A DNA stretch of 64,000 nucleotides from Minisyncoccota bacterium. GTDB lineage: Bacteria > Patescibacteriota > Minisyncoccia > Phycocordibacterales > UBA6065. Position numbers and translations under genes: made by a program. The notes beneath the pieces were generated by a model. The model was not told the origin of the DNA and did not search any database. It saw only the letters and a list, made by a program, of their open reading frames with translations. Position 1 is the first letter of the stretch, and each line of letters opens with the position of its first letter. Positions 45,619-53,643 of the stretch are shown piece after piece. The DNA is taken from positions 14,829 to 78,828 of the forward strand of contig JBAZUA010000005.1 in the NCBI GenBank assembly GCA_041661645.1. The letters are read 5' to 3'.

Positions 45619-47257
45619 CGAAACACAAATCAACATCCCGAAGCTCATTCAGAGCAGAATGGCGATTCTGGCTAACTCCGGCGGCGGTAAGTCTTGGGCC
45701 GTACGTCGCCTCGTAGAGCAGGCAGCCGACAATGTTCAGGTGATAATCCTTGACCCAGAGGGCGAGTTCGCATCGCTTCGCGAGAAGCACGATTTTGTCC
45801 TGTGCGGGAAGGATCAGGACGTACCCGTCGAAGTGAGGTCAGCGGCCAAGCTCGCCGAGATGCTCCTAGAAGCGAAGACGTCGGCGGTTGTCGACCTCTA
45901 CGAGCTCTCACTTCAGGATCGAAAGAAATTCGTTCGCATTTTCTGCGAGACGATGGTGGCTGTTCCAAAGAAGTTGTATCACCCGTGCCTGGTGATCCTC
46001 GATGAGGCGCACGATTATGTCCCGGAAGGAAAGCCTAGCGAGGCGAGCGGAGCGGTTGAGGCCCTGGCCTCAAAGGGCCGCAAGCGCGAGTTCGCCCTCA
46101 TTCTCGCGTCGCAGCGCATCTCGAAGGTGTCGAAGGATGCCCTCTCCGAGTGCAACAACGTCATGATCGGCCGAGCCACCTGGGCGATTGACCGAAAGCG
46201 CGCTGCGGAGGAGCTCGGCCTCACAGACAAGGAGGAGATCCTGTCTCTCAAGAAGATGAGGCCGGGAGAGTTTTATATTACCGGACCCGCCGTGTCAGAC
46301 GACCTGCTCCGCATCACTGTCGGCGAAGTAAAGACATCGCATGGGAGCAATACCTATTCGGACGCCAAGCCCGTGCCACCATCGTCGGCGCTGAAGAAGG
46401 CCCTCGCCATGCTCAAGAATCTGCCTCAGGAGGCGGAGAAAGAGGCTCGCACGATCGACGAGCTCAAAGCGGAGATACGAAAGCTCAGGGCTCATCAGTG
46501 CCCGAAACAGGCGGCATCGTCTGAGGACACCGGCCGCGCCGTCACGATTGCCTTAGAGAAATGCAACAGGGCGTGGCGATCGCACCTGAACGACATTTCA
46601 AAATCGGTCGATAAGGTCAAAGCTCTCTCAAAGTCGATCGTCAGTGTCGTGGACGCCTGGCCGAAGATGGAAGTCGTCTCGGCCGATAAGCCTACGGTGC
46701 ACACTCAAAACATCCCGGCACCTGTAACGGAACGCCCGAAGGCAGACAGGGAAGATTGGATACAGGACGATGGCAGCTTTAGGGTCACGGGGTCGCATCA
46801 GAAGGTGCTTGACGCCGTGGCGTGGATCAACCGGCTCGGCATCGAACACCCAACGAAGATCGCTGTCGCGCTCATTGCCGGGTATAGCCCGTCATCAAGC
46901 GGCTACATGAATATCCTTGGTGCCCTCCGATCCGCGGGCCATATCGACTATCCGGCAGGTGGCCTTGTGAGGCTCACCGATCGGGGTCAATCGGCAGCGG
47001 TGCATCCGGAGTTCGCGAGCTCGGCCGAGTTGATCGATAGGGTGATGGCGAGGCTGAAGCCATCGGAGCAGAAGATCCTCCAGCCACTCATTGACGCCCA
47101 CCCATCCGATCTGTCGAGCGAGGAGCTCGCGGAGAAGAGCGGCTACTCGGCGACCTCGAGCGGCTTCATGAACCTCAAGGGTAAGCTCAGGTCGCTCGGG
47201 CTGATCGACTATCCGCAGGCCGGCCGAGTGAGGGCGGCAGATATTCTTTTCAAATAG
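45599..47257 (+). CDS. HerA/FtsK-like ATPase (DUF87-like) with two C-terminal winged-helix-like repeats
   Basis: AILANSGGGKS, IILDPEGEF, VILDEAH, GRKR..LILASQR; repeats GYS.SSSG(Y/F)MN..G.LRS.G.IDYP..G.VR. Confidence 0.8.
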   Translation: MQIKINNETQINIPKLIQSRMAILANSGGGKSWAVRRLVEQAADNVQVIILDPEGEFASLREKHDFVLCGKDQDVPVEVRSAAKLAEMLLEAKTSAVVDLYELSLQDRKKFVRIFCETMVAVPKKLYHPCLVILDEAHDYVPEGKPSEASGAVEALASKGRKREFALILASQRISKVSKDALSECNNVMIGRATWAIDRKRAAEELGLTDKEEILSLKKMRPGEFYITGPAVSDDLLRITVGEVKTSHGSNTYSDAKPVPPSSALKKALAMLKNLPQEAEKEARTIDELKAEIRKLRAHQCPKQAASSEDTGRAVTIALEKCNRAWRSHLNDISKSVDKVKALSKSIVSVVDAWPKMEVVSADKPTVHTQNIPAPVTERPKADREDWIQDDGSFRVTGSHQKVLDAVAWINRLGIEHPTKIAVALIAGYSPSSSGYMNILGALRSAGHIDYPAGGLVRLTDRGQSAAVHPEFASSAELIDRVMARLKPSEQKILQPLIDAHPSDLSSEELAEKSGYSATSSGFMNLKGKLRSLGLIDYPQAGRVRAADILFK

Positions 47258-47259
47258 CC

Positions 47260-47505
47260 ATGCCGAACGATCGACTTCTTCGTGAGCTGATGGAGGATAT
47301 AAAGCTCAGGTATAACCCCAAGACGGCGTTTGGTGACCCTAAGCTCATCGAGCTTCTCAACCAGGCACAGGATCGGCACGAGTACCTGGAACGGACGAAG
47401 GTCTGCCCTGACTGCGGAGGAGAGGGAGAGGAGGAGTGCGATCATTGCGGCCGATCGGGAGAGTGCCGGACGTGCGACGGGAAAGGACGGATTGATAAAA
47501 ACTAA
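47260..47505 (+). CDS. Small protein with DnaJ-type CxxCxGxG zinc finger
   Basis: CPDCGGEG, CDHCG, CRTCDGKG. Confidence 0.7.
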   Translation: MPNDRLLRELMEDIKLRYNPKTAFGDPKLIELLNQAQDRHEYLERTKVCPDCGGEGEEECDHCGRSGECRTCDGKGRIDKN

Positions 47506-47509
47506 ACAC

Positions 47510-47704
47510 ATGCCAATAAGAAACATATACACGGACCCACAAATTCGAGCCTGGCTTCAGGTCAGGGCAGAGGCCTTCACTCCCCGCATCAAGCGGACGA
47601 AGAAGACGAAGGCGGCACCATACGCATTTACACTCGAGGCGTTGGCGGCTGACATGCGAAGGACCCTGAAGGAGCTCGAGGAGAGAATAGCTAAAGCGAA
47701 ATAG
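47510..47704 (+). CDS. Phage hypothetical protein
   Basis: ATG at 47510 directly after the previous stop. Confidence 0.55.
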   Translation: MPIRNIYTDPQIRAWLQVRAEAFTPRIKRTKKTKAAPYAFTLEALAADMRRTLKELEERIAKAK

Positions 47705-47706
47705 TC

Positions 47707-47916
47707 ATGGAGCGCATGGAGAACGCATCAAGGGATTACTGGACACTCGAGGCTATGAGGAAGTTCGGCGGAGGTTTCGTGAAGGCGCTCGGGAACGCTG
47801 GGGCTCAGGCCGACAAGAACAACCTCGAGAGGCTGAAGAAAGCATGGCCGGAATACTGGAAAGAGTACGAGCATATGGGCGAGTCGCTTCGGCGTAAGAA
47901 GGAACAACGCTCATGA
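47707..47916 (+). CDS. Phage hypothetical protein
   Basis: M.KFGGGFVKALG.A..AD..N..RLKKAWPEYW. Confidence 0.65.
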   Translation: MERMENASRDYWTLEAMRKFGGGFVKALGNAGAQADKNNLERLKKAWPEYWKEYEHMGESLRRKKEQRS

Positions 47917-48077
47917 TGTGGATCACCAGATGGAAGGGGCGGCCGGCGATCCTGAATCTCGCGTGCCGAATGGGCGCTCACGCATGGAAGTACAGCGCGC
48001 GCCGGTTCGCGCGGAGCTGCAGGAGGTGCGGCAAGGATCAGGTCCATTCGAGCAAGTTGTCCACACCTACTCTTTAG
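47913..48077 (+). CDS. Small zinc-binding phage protein (DUF1660-like, 54 aa)
   Basis: Hand translation MMWITRWKGRPAILNLACRMGAHAWKYSARRFARSCRRCGKDQ...; ATGA overlap with the previous stop. Confidence 0.55.
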   Translation: MMWITRWKGRPAILNLACRMGAHAWKYSARRFARSCRRCGKDQVHSSKLSTPTL

Positions 48078-48084
48078 GGCGATT

Positions 48085-48164
48085 GTGCGGTAAAATATAG
48101 GCACAATTCAAAAAGAAGGTCTCGAAAGAGACGTGTCGAAGCTGCCTTCGTCGCGTCTCTTTTT
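48085..48164 (+). promoter_or_regulatory. Promoter with attenuator-like leader
   Basis: TAAAAT at 48091, ACAATTCAAAA, GTCTC-GAAA-GAGAC overlapping terminator AGAGACG...CGTCTCT-TTTT. Confidence 0.6.
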
Positions 48165-48180
48165 GCTTTGCACCTTCCAC

Positions 48181-48372
48181 ATGGCACGAAAAAAGCAGAT
48201 CAAGCCGAAGAGCTACAAGGAATACGTTCTCGAAGCGCGAGCCCGCGCGAAGAAGAACTGCCCCTGCAGGCATATCGTGAAGATCTGCGCGTGTTGCGGA
48301 AAGATTAAAGGCTCGGAGGTGGATATGAAGCGCAAGGGTCTCATCGGCCGCGGGGACGATTATGTGGGCTGA
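48181..48372 (+). CDS. Small basic Cys-rich protein
   Basis: ATG at 48181; CPCRH..CACCG. Confidence 0.55.
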   Translation: MARKKQIKPKSYKEYVLEARARAKKNCPCRHIVKICACCGKIKGSEVDMKRKGLIGRGDDYVG

Positions 48373-48505
48373 AGGGGGAATGTCTAGCGCGAGGTATCTT
48401 TGCTAACTCGCGCCGCACAGGTCGGCGGCCGGCAACGGTCGCAGGAGTCGGGATACTCAAAGTAAATCCCACAATGCGGTAGCTCCGCATTTCCCCTTGA
48501 GCCCA
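48365..48505 (+). ncRNA. Candidate structured RNA (long closing stem + four hairpins)
   Basis: Complementary segments read directly from the sequence (see findings); strand assumed from the GCAA tetraloop and G-U pair. Confidence 0.55.
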
Positions 48506-48518
48506 TTTGAAAACAACT

Positions 48519-49463
48519 ATGTTCGCACCACAGAAACCAAAGATAGACTTCCTCGCTCGTGAGCCTCATCACGCGCTGCACGCCAGGGCCGTCTATGACG
48601 CGCTCCCGGAGCGCCGGCGCGGGATATTCACGTCGAACCCGGCCGAGCTGTCGAGCGGCATCGTGGCGGTGTTCAGCTACGGCGATCTGAAGCAGGTCTC
48701 CCAGCTCGGCAAGAAGGCGGTCTTCGGCGAGCACGGCGTCGGCATGTATTACAACACCGAGCACCCGTCGTACGCCGGCAGCGGCGAAGACCGCGACTGC
48801 GTGGTTCTCCGGCTCTCCCCAAATGAGAACCACGCGGCGAAGGAGCGCGCGACCCTCGATTGCCCCGTCGAGGTCGTCGGCGTACCGAAGATGGACAAGT
48901 GGGCGAACGCCCGGCCGAAGATGCCCATGCGCGCACGCCGCGCCACGATAGCGATCTCCTTCCACTGGGACTGCCTGGTGTGCCCGGAGACGCGATCCTC
49001 GTTCCTGCACTACAAGAGCGCCCTCCTCGCCCTCCGTTCGAAGTACAGGGTGATCGGCCACGGCCACCCGAGGATCATCGAGCGCATGCGCTCGATCTAC
49101 AAGGCGTACGGAATCGTCATCGAGGAGGACTTCGAGGAGGTCATGAGGAAGGCGGACGTCTACATCTGCGACAACAGCTCGACTATCTTCGAGTTCGCCT
49201 TCCAGGGCAAGCCCGTCGTGCTCCTGAACTGCCCGTCGTACCGGAAGGACGTCGAGCATCCGGGCAACCCGCGCTTCTGGAAGCACGCCGGCATCGGCCC
49301 GCAGGTGGACCGGCCGGAGGATCTCGTCGGGACGGTCGATCGCCTCCTTCAGAGCTACCGGGAATACCTGCCGAAGATGGCGGAGGCAACCAGGGAGATC
49401 TTCACGTTCACGGACGGCAGATGCGCCGAGCGCGCCGCTGCGGCGATAACAAAACACCTATGA
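48519..49463 (+). CDS. GT-B fold glycosyl/glycerophosphotransferase (TagF/TagB-like)
   Basis: EHGVG, VVGVPKMD, HGHPR, ADVYICDNSSTIFEFA..GKPVVLL. Confidence 0.75.
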   Translation: MFAPQKPKIDFLAREPHHALHARAVYDALPERRRGIFTSNPAELSSGIVAVFSYGDLKQVSQLGKKAVFGEHGVGMYYNTEHPSYAGSGEDRDCVVLRLSPNENHAAKERATLDCPVEVVGVPKMDKWANARPKMPMRARRATIAISFHWDCLVCPETRSSFLHYKSALLALRSKYRVIGHGHPRIIERMRSIYKAYGIVIEEDFEEVMRKADVYICDNSSTIFEFAFQGKPVVLLNCPSYRKDVEHPGNPRFWKHAGIGPQVDRPEDLVGTVDRLLQSYREYLPKMAEATREIFTFTDGRCAERAAAAITKHL

Positions 49464-50035
49464 GCAAGAAACTCTCGATTTCAATAATGGCGCACCCGTC
49501 CCGCGAGAAGTGGTTCGGGTATCTCCGCGAGAAGCTCGGACAGGACGTCCCCTTCGCCATCGACACGGACGGTCGCGGGATCTGGGAGAACTGCAAGAGG
49601 GCGTGGCTCCTCTTCGACCCGGAGGCCGAGTATCACGTGGTCGTCCAGGACGACGTGCTCGTGGGCAGGGACTTCATCGAGCGCGCCGAGGCGATGCTCA
49701 CCGAGGACATGATGTACAGCTTCTACATCGGCCGGCCGCGGTTCGCGGGCGAGGTCATGGAGGCGAAGGAGAAGGGCATCGACCACCTCGTGAAGAGCCA
49801 CATCCACCACGAGATATGCCTTTGCATGAGGACGGAGCACATCAAGGAGATGATCGCCTGGTGCGATGCGCTGAAGCCGGAGAACGACCGCGTGATCGAC
49901 GGATGGGTGAACGCAAAGGGGCTGAAGGTGAGGTTCCCGCTGCCGAGCCTGGTCGATCATCGCGCGGAGGGGTCGCTCCACAGCTTCAACAGGGGCGGCT
50001 ACGTTCCGAAGGCCACCTGGTTCATAGGCGAATAA
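49460..50035 (+). CDS. GT-A fold glycosyltransferase-like protein
   Basis: ISIMAHPSR, N..RAW, HVVVQDDV, PSLVDH; ATG at 49460. Confidence 0.7.
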   Translation: MSKKLSISIMAHPSREKWFGYLREKLGQDVPFAIDTDGRGIWENCKRAWLLFDPEAEYHVVVQDDVLVGRDFIERAEAMLTEDMMYSFYIGRPRFAGEVMEAKEKGIDHLVKSHIHHEICLCMRTEHIKEMIAWCDALKPENDRVIDGWVNAKGLKVRFPLPSLVDHRAEGSLHSFNRGGYVPKATWFIGE

Positions 50036-50039
50036 AACC

Positions 50040-50657
50040 ATGCAGAACCTACCAAACAAGGAAATAGTCTACGTCTGCATCCCGACCACCCGGGAGCGCC
50101 GCGCACGCCTGCAGACCTGCATCGACCACATCAGGGTGAACGACTTTCCCCACGTGATCGTGCTCTACGAGAACCAGGACGGCGGCTGCGTGGCGGCCGA
50201 GCATAACATGCTGCAGGGGATCGAGGGCCTGGTCTTCCTACTCAACGACGACATGGAGATCGCGCCCGACTGCATCCGCAGGCTCTACGAGGCCTATCGG
50301 AAGAACGCCGAGGAGATGTCGAACGTCGATGACTTCGAGAAGCCCCTCATGCTGCAGCCGTTCGAGCAGATCCACAAGGGCAGGCTCGCGGTCAGCCCGT
50401 TCTGCCACAGCTCGGTCCTGAAGAAGTACGTCTTCAAGGGCTACAACCACAACTTCAACGACACCGAGCTCACGGAGGTCGTCCGGGCCGAGGGGCGGTA
50501 CGTTTTCGTCCCAGAGGCGACCATGGTCCACAGGCACGGAACTGAGGAGAACGGCCTCATGGACGAGACGTACCGGATGACCTCGGCGACCTACCGGAAG
50601 GACCGCGCGCTCTTCCACGAGCGCAAGGCGGCCGGCTTTATCCCTAAGAACTCATAA
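50040..50657 (+). CDS. Glycosyltransferase family 2-like protein
   Basis: VCIPT..R, FLLNDDM, DTEL, VHRH. Confidence 0.72.
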   Translation: MQNLPNKEIVYVCIPTTRERRARLQTCIDHIRVNDFPHVIVLYENQDGGCVAAEHNMLQGIEGLVFLLNDDMEIAPDCIRRLYEAYRKNAEEMSNVDDFEKPLMLQPFEQIHKGRLAVSPFCHSSVLKKYVFKGYNHNFNDTELTEVVRAEGRYVFVPEATMVHRHGTEENGLMDETYRMTSATYRKDRALFHERKAAGFIPKNS

Positions 50658-50659
50658 CC

Positions 50660-50917
50660 ATGGTATTCGCAGAAAAGAAGATCAAGGGCGGGGGGTTCGA
50701 ATACGAGCTCGAGGACGTGTTCGGAAAGATGCTCTTCAAGTCGGAGCGGCAGCTACCCCCTGCCGACCTCGACGCCCTCGTGATGTTCATCCTGAAGACG
50801 AACAAGCGGGAGGGAGAGGTCGAAGGGGTCAGGTTCGAATTTACAAAAAATAACGATTGGCAAAAAGACGATGAAAACAATGACACTGACGGCGGAGAAG
50901 ATCGAGAAGCTCTATAG
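50660..50917 (+). CDS. Phage hypothetical protein
   Basis: Tightly packed ORF. Confidence 0.6.
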   Translation: MVFAEKKIKGGGFEYELEDVFGKMLFKSERQLPPADLDALVMFILKTNKREGEVEGVRFEFTKNNDWQKDDENNDTDGGEDREAL

Positions 50918-51293
50918 GTTCTACGAGGAGATCGCGGACCTCGAGCAGAGGGCGAGCGACGCCATCAACACCGCGAAGGCGAACAAGGCGCTCGAGATCC
51001 TCGTGAAGAGGCCGAAGGGCGAGGCGCAGGTGATCACGGAGGGCATGGCGTGGGACGAGGTATACAACCTCGGGCCGCAGTGCGAGGCGGGCCAGGCGCT
51101 CAAGGCCAAGTACCCGGAGGCGTTCAGCATCTCGGCCGACCACAGCAGGAAGGCGTCGGAGCTGCAGACCTTCAGCATCGCCGAGCTCGGCATAGACACC
51201 AAGCGCATCAAGGTAAGCGACATCATACGGCTCACTGACGCCCTCATAGCGCTCAGGCTGCCCGACATGATCGCAGCGGCTAACACCAAATAA
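50871..51293 (+). CDS. Phage hypothetical protein
   Basis: Tightly packed ORF. Confidence 0.6.
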   Translation: MKTMTLTAEKIEKLYRFYEEIADLEQRASDAINTAKANKALEILVKRPKGEAQVITEGMAWDEVYNLGPQCEAGQALKAKYPEAFSISADHSRKASELQTFSIAELGIDTKRIKVSDIIRLTDALIALRLPDMIAAANTK

Positions 51294-51299
51294 CCTCGA

Positions 51300-51875
51300 A
51301 TGGAGAGCAAAGAGACACAAGGGAATACGCAGGAGGGAGCGCAGGGGGTGCCGGCGGTGGCAGGGGCCAAGGCACCGGGCGCGCCCTACAGAGGCATCAC
51401 CGTGAAGGAGCGGGAGGCCCTCTTTGCCTTTTACGAGAAGCACAACGGCAACATGATGGCGATGATCCGCGACAAAGACTGTCTTTTCAAGGGTTATAAC
51501 CAGATCCGCTACTACGCGAGCGTCTTCAACTTCTCCGAGCGCTTGGTGGAGATTAGGCGAATTAGGGCGACTGAAGTGATGGAGAAGCTCAAGGACGGCA
51601 AGATCCGCGCCCTGGAGAACGCCATGCGCCTCTTGGAGCCTCAGCACAGGTTCGTGTTCGACAAGAGAGGCATCCAGGTATTCGACCTCGAGGGAAAGCC
51701 GATAATCGTCGAGACGCTTCCGCACTACAAGGAGATCCAGGCGGCTTGGGAGATGATCAAGACCGAGCTCGGCGAGCCGACCTCGATCCACAAGAACGAC
51801 CTCACGACGGGAGGAGAGAAGATCCAGGGCAACGTAATCCAATTCGTAGACTTCAATGCTCCAAAGGGTCAATAG
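51300..51875 (+). CDS. Probable terminase small subunit
   Basis: Overlaps the start of the large subunit; C-terminal DLTTGGEKI motif. Confidence 0.65.
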   Translation: MESKETQGNTQEGAQGVPAVAGAKAPGAPYRGITVKEREALFAFYEKHNGNMMAMIRDKDCLFKGYNQIRYYASVFNFSERLVEIRRIRATEVMEKLKDGKIRALENAMRLLEPQHRFVFDKRGIQVFDLEGKPIIVETLPHYKEIQAAWEMIKTELGEPTSIHKNDLTTGGEKIQGNVIQFVDFNAPKGQ

Positions 51876-53124
51876 CCACTACAAGCCACTGTTCACGCAG
51901 CGCCCGAGGTACTTCATCCTCATGGGAGGGCGCGGCGCGGGACGCTCGACGTCGGCGAGCCAGTACGCCCTCGCGCGCCTGGGCAGCACCGAGTACTTTC
52001 GATGCGCCGCCATGCGCCTTGTGCTGAACGACGTCAGGAACAGCATCTTCCAGGACATCCTCGACCAGATCGACCTGCAGGAGCTCACGAAGAAGGTCGT
52101 CGTCAGGGAAGCGCCGAAGATGTCCATCGCGCTCGGCAAGAACCGCATCGACGGCATCGGCTTCAGGAAGTCGAGCGGCGATCAGAAGTCGAAGCTCAAG
52201 TCCCTGGCGAACTACAACACGGTCATCATCGAGGAGGCCGACGAGGTTCCCGAGGAAGACTTCATGCAGCTCGACGACTCATTGCGTACGATCAAGACCG
52301 ACATCGTTATCGTCCTGCTCCTCAACGCGCCGCCGAAGAACCACTGGATCATCAAGCGCTGGTTCAACCTCGAGCCCGCCCTCGACCCTGAAGGCAAGCC
52401 GATCGAGGGGTTCTACCGACCAGTGCTCAAGTCGTCCGTCGCCCACAACACGATCCACATCGGGACCAACTACGAGGAGAACTACCAGAACCTCAACGAG
52501 ACGACGATCGCGAACTTCGAGGGGTACAAGACGACCCGCCCGGATCACTACTGGAACATGATCAAGGGCCTCGTGAGCGAGGGCGCGCGCGGCCGCATAT
52601 TCAAGACGTGGAGGACGATACCGGACAAGGAGTTCGACGAGCTGCCTTACCCCTCGATCTACGGCCTCGACTTCGGCTTCACGAACCATCCGACCGCTCT
52701 CGTCGAGGTGAAGCAGCACAACCAAAAGGTCTGGCTCAAGGAGCTCCTCTACGAGCCAGGGCTGACGAACCCCAAGATCTCGAAGCGCCTCACGGACCTC
52801 GGTGTGTCGAAGACGGCACCGATCTACGCGGACTCGGCCGAGCCGAAGTCCATCCAGGAGATCTCGGGCGACGGGTGGAACATCCTGCCGGCCGACAAGG
52901 GGCCAGACAGCATCAGCGCCGGGCTGGACATGCTGCTCGAGAAGGAGGTGGCCTACACCGAATCGAGCACGAACATCGCGAAGGAGAGCCAGGAGTACAA
53001 GTGGGCGCTCGACCGGAACAAGGAGCCGACCAACACCCCGATCGACGCATGGAACCACGCGATGGACGGAGTGAGGTACGCGGTGTTCACGGACGCGAGG
53101 AAGGGATTTATAGGTTTCGTTTAA
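51856..53124 (+). CDS. Terminase large subunit (PBSX-like)
   Basis: GGRGAGRS, IIEEADE, GLDFGF..P, ADSAEP, NHAMDGVRY. Confidence 0.93.
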   Translation: MLQRVNSHYKPLFTQRPRYFILMGGRGAGRSTSASQYALARLGSTEYFRCAAMRLVLNDVRNSIFQDILDQIDLQELTKKVVVREAPKMSIALGKNRIDGIGFRKSSGDQKSKLKSLANYNTVIIEEADEVPEEDFMQLDDSLRTIKTDIVIVLLLNAPPKNHWIIKRWFNLEPALDPEGKPIEGFYRPVLKSSVAHNTIHIGTNYEENYQNLNETTIANFEGYKTTRPDHYWNMIKGLVSEGARGRIFKTWRTIPDKEFDELPYPSIYGLDFGFTNHPTALVEVKQHNQKVWLKELLYEPGLTNPKISKRLTDLGVSKTAPIYADSAEPKSIQEISGDGWNILPADKGPDSISAGLDMLLEKEVAYTESSTNIAKESQEYKWALDRNKEPTNTPIDAWNHAMDGVRYAVFTDARKGFIGFV

Positions 53125-53135
53125 TTTTCAATACC

Positions 53136-53330
53136 ATGAGCCAAAAGCAAACAAAGAAGTTCAGGAAGGAGGTCAGGCGTGAGATCACCAAGGAGATGGG
53201 CGAGGGCATAGCGACGCTTCAGACGCTCGTCAGGGAGCGCCCGACATGGTGCCCGCGCTTCGTGTGGATCGCGCTCTACATGCCGATCTTTAAAAGGAAG
53301 AGCTGGAAGTTTATCTACAAAAACCTATGA
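53136..53330 (+). CDS. Phage hypothetical protein
   Basis: ATG at 53136, 64 aa, basic. Confidence 0.55.
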   Translation: MSQKQTKKFRKEVRREITKEMGEGIATLQTLVRERPTWCPRFVWIALYMPIFKRKSWKFIYKNL

Positions 53331-53542
53331 TCGTACCCGACGAGCACATGACGAAGATGGTGGGGTTCATCGAGGAGGAGGTCTCGCGCATCCAGTACGG
53401 GAAGATACTCATCGAGATCACGGTCCTCAAGGGTAAGTGCACGAACGTCCAGGCAGAGACCCGCCGCAGCATGAACCTCAACGAAGAGCCGAAGCCGGAG
53501 CCACGAGTGCCGATCCGCAAGCAGGTCACGTTCGGACCGTAG
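53327..53542 (+). CDS. Small YezD/DUF2292-like protein (candidate RNA-binding regulator)
   Basis: Helix, then IQYGKILIEITVLKGKCTNVQAE beta-meander resembling the DUF2292 pattern from memory; basic tail. Confidence 0.5.
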   Translation: MIVPDEHMTKMVGFIEEEVSRIQYGKILIEITVLKGKCTNVQAETRRSMNLNEEPKPEPRVPIRKQVTFGP

Positions 53543-53558
53543 TTTGCTCGCGCCTTTG

Positions 53559-53643
53559 TGGTATAATGAAAGCAACAATTTAATAACCCCGCAGAGAAAC
53601 ACTCGTGGGCTTCGCCATTTGGCCGAAGCCCATTTTCAATTTT
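53559..53643 (+). promoter_or_regulatory. Late leader copy 1: extended -10 + antiterminator/terminator
   Basis: TGGTATAAT; CCCGC-A-GAG-AAACA-CTC-GTGGG; GTGGGCTTCG/CGAAGCCCAT + TTT. Confidence 0.8.

Noticed and set aside
2498-53058. Long antisense ORFs (e.g. 2498-3568, 6579-7526, 17456-18502, 48384-49457, 50841-51872, 52279-53058)
   Set aside because: They shadow well-supported + strand genes, as expected from GC3-rich codon usage, and show no motifs
39132-53643. ORF-track N-terminal extensions (39132, 48133, 48507, 48860, 52608, 53605)
   Set aside because: They run through terminators, structured leaders or upstream genes; downstream ATGs fit the gene packing better
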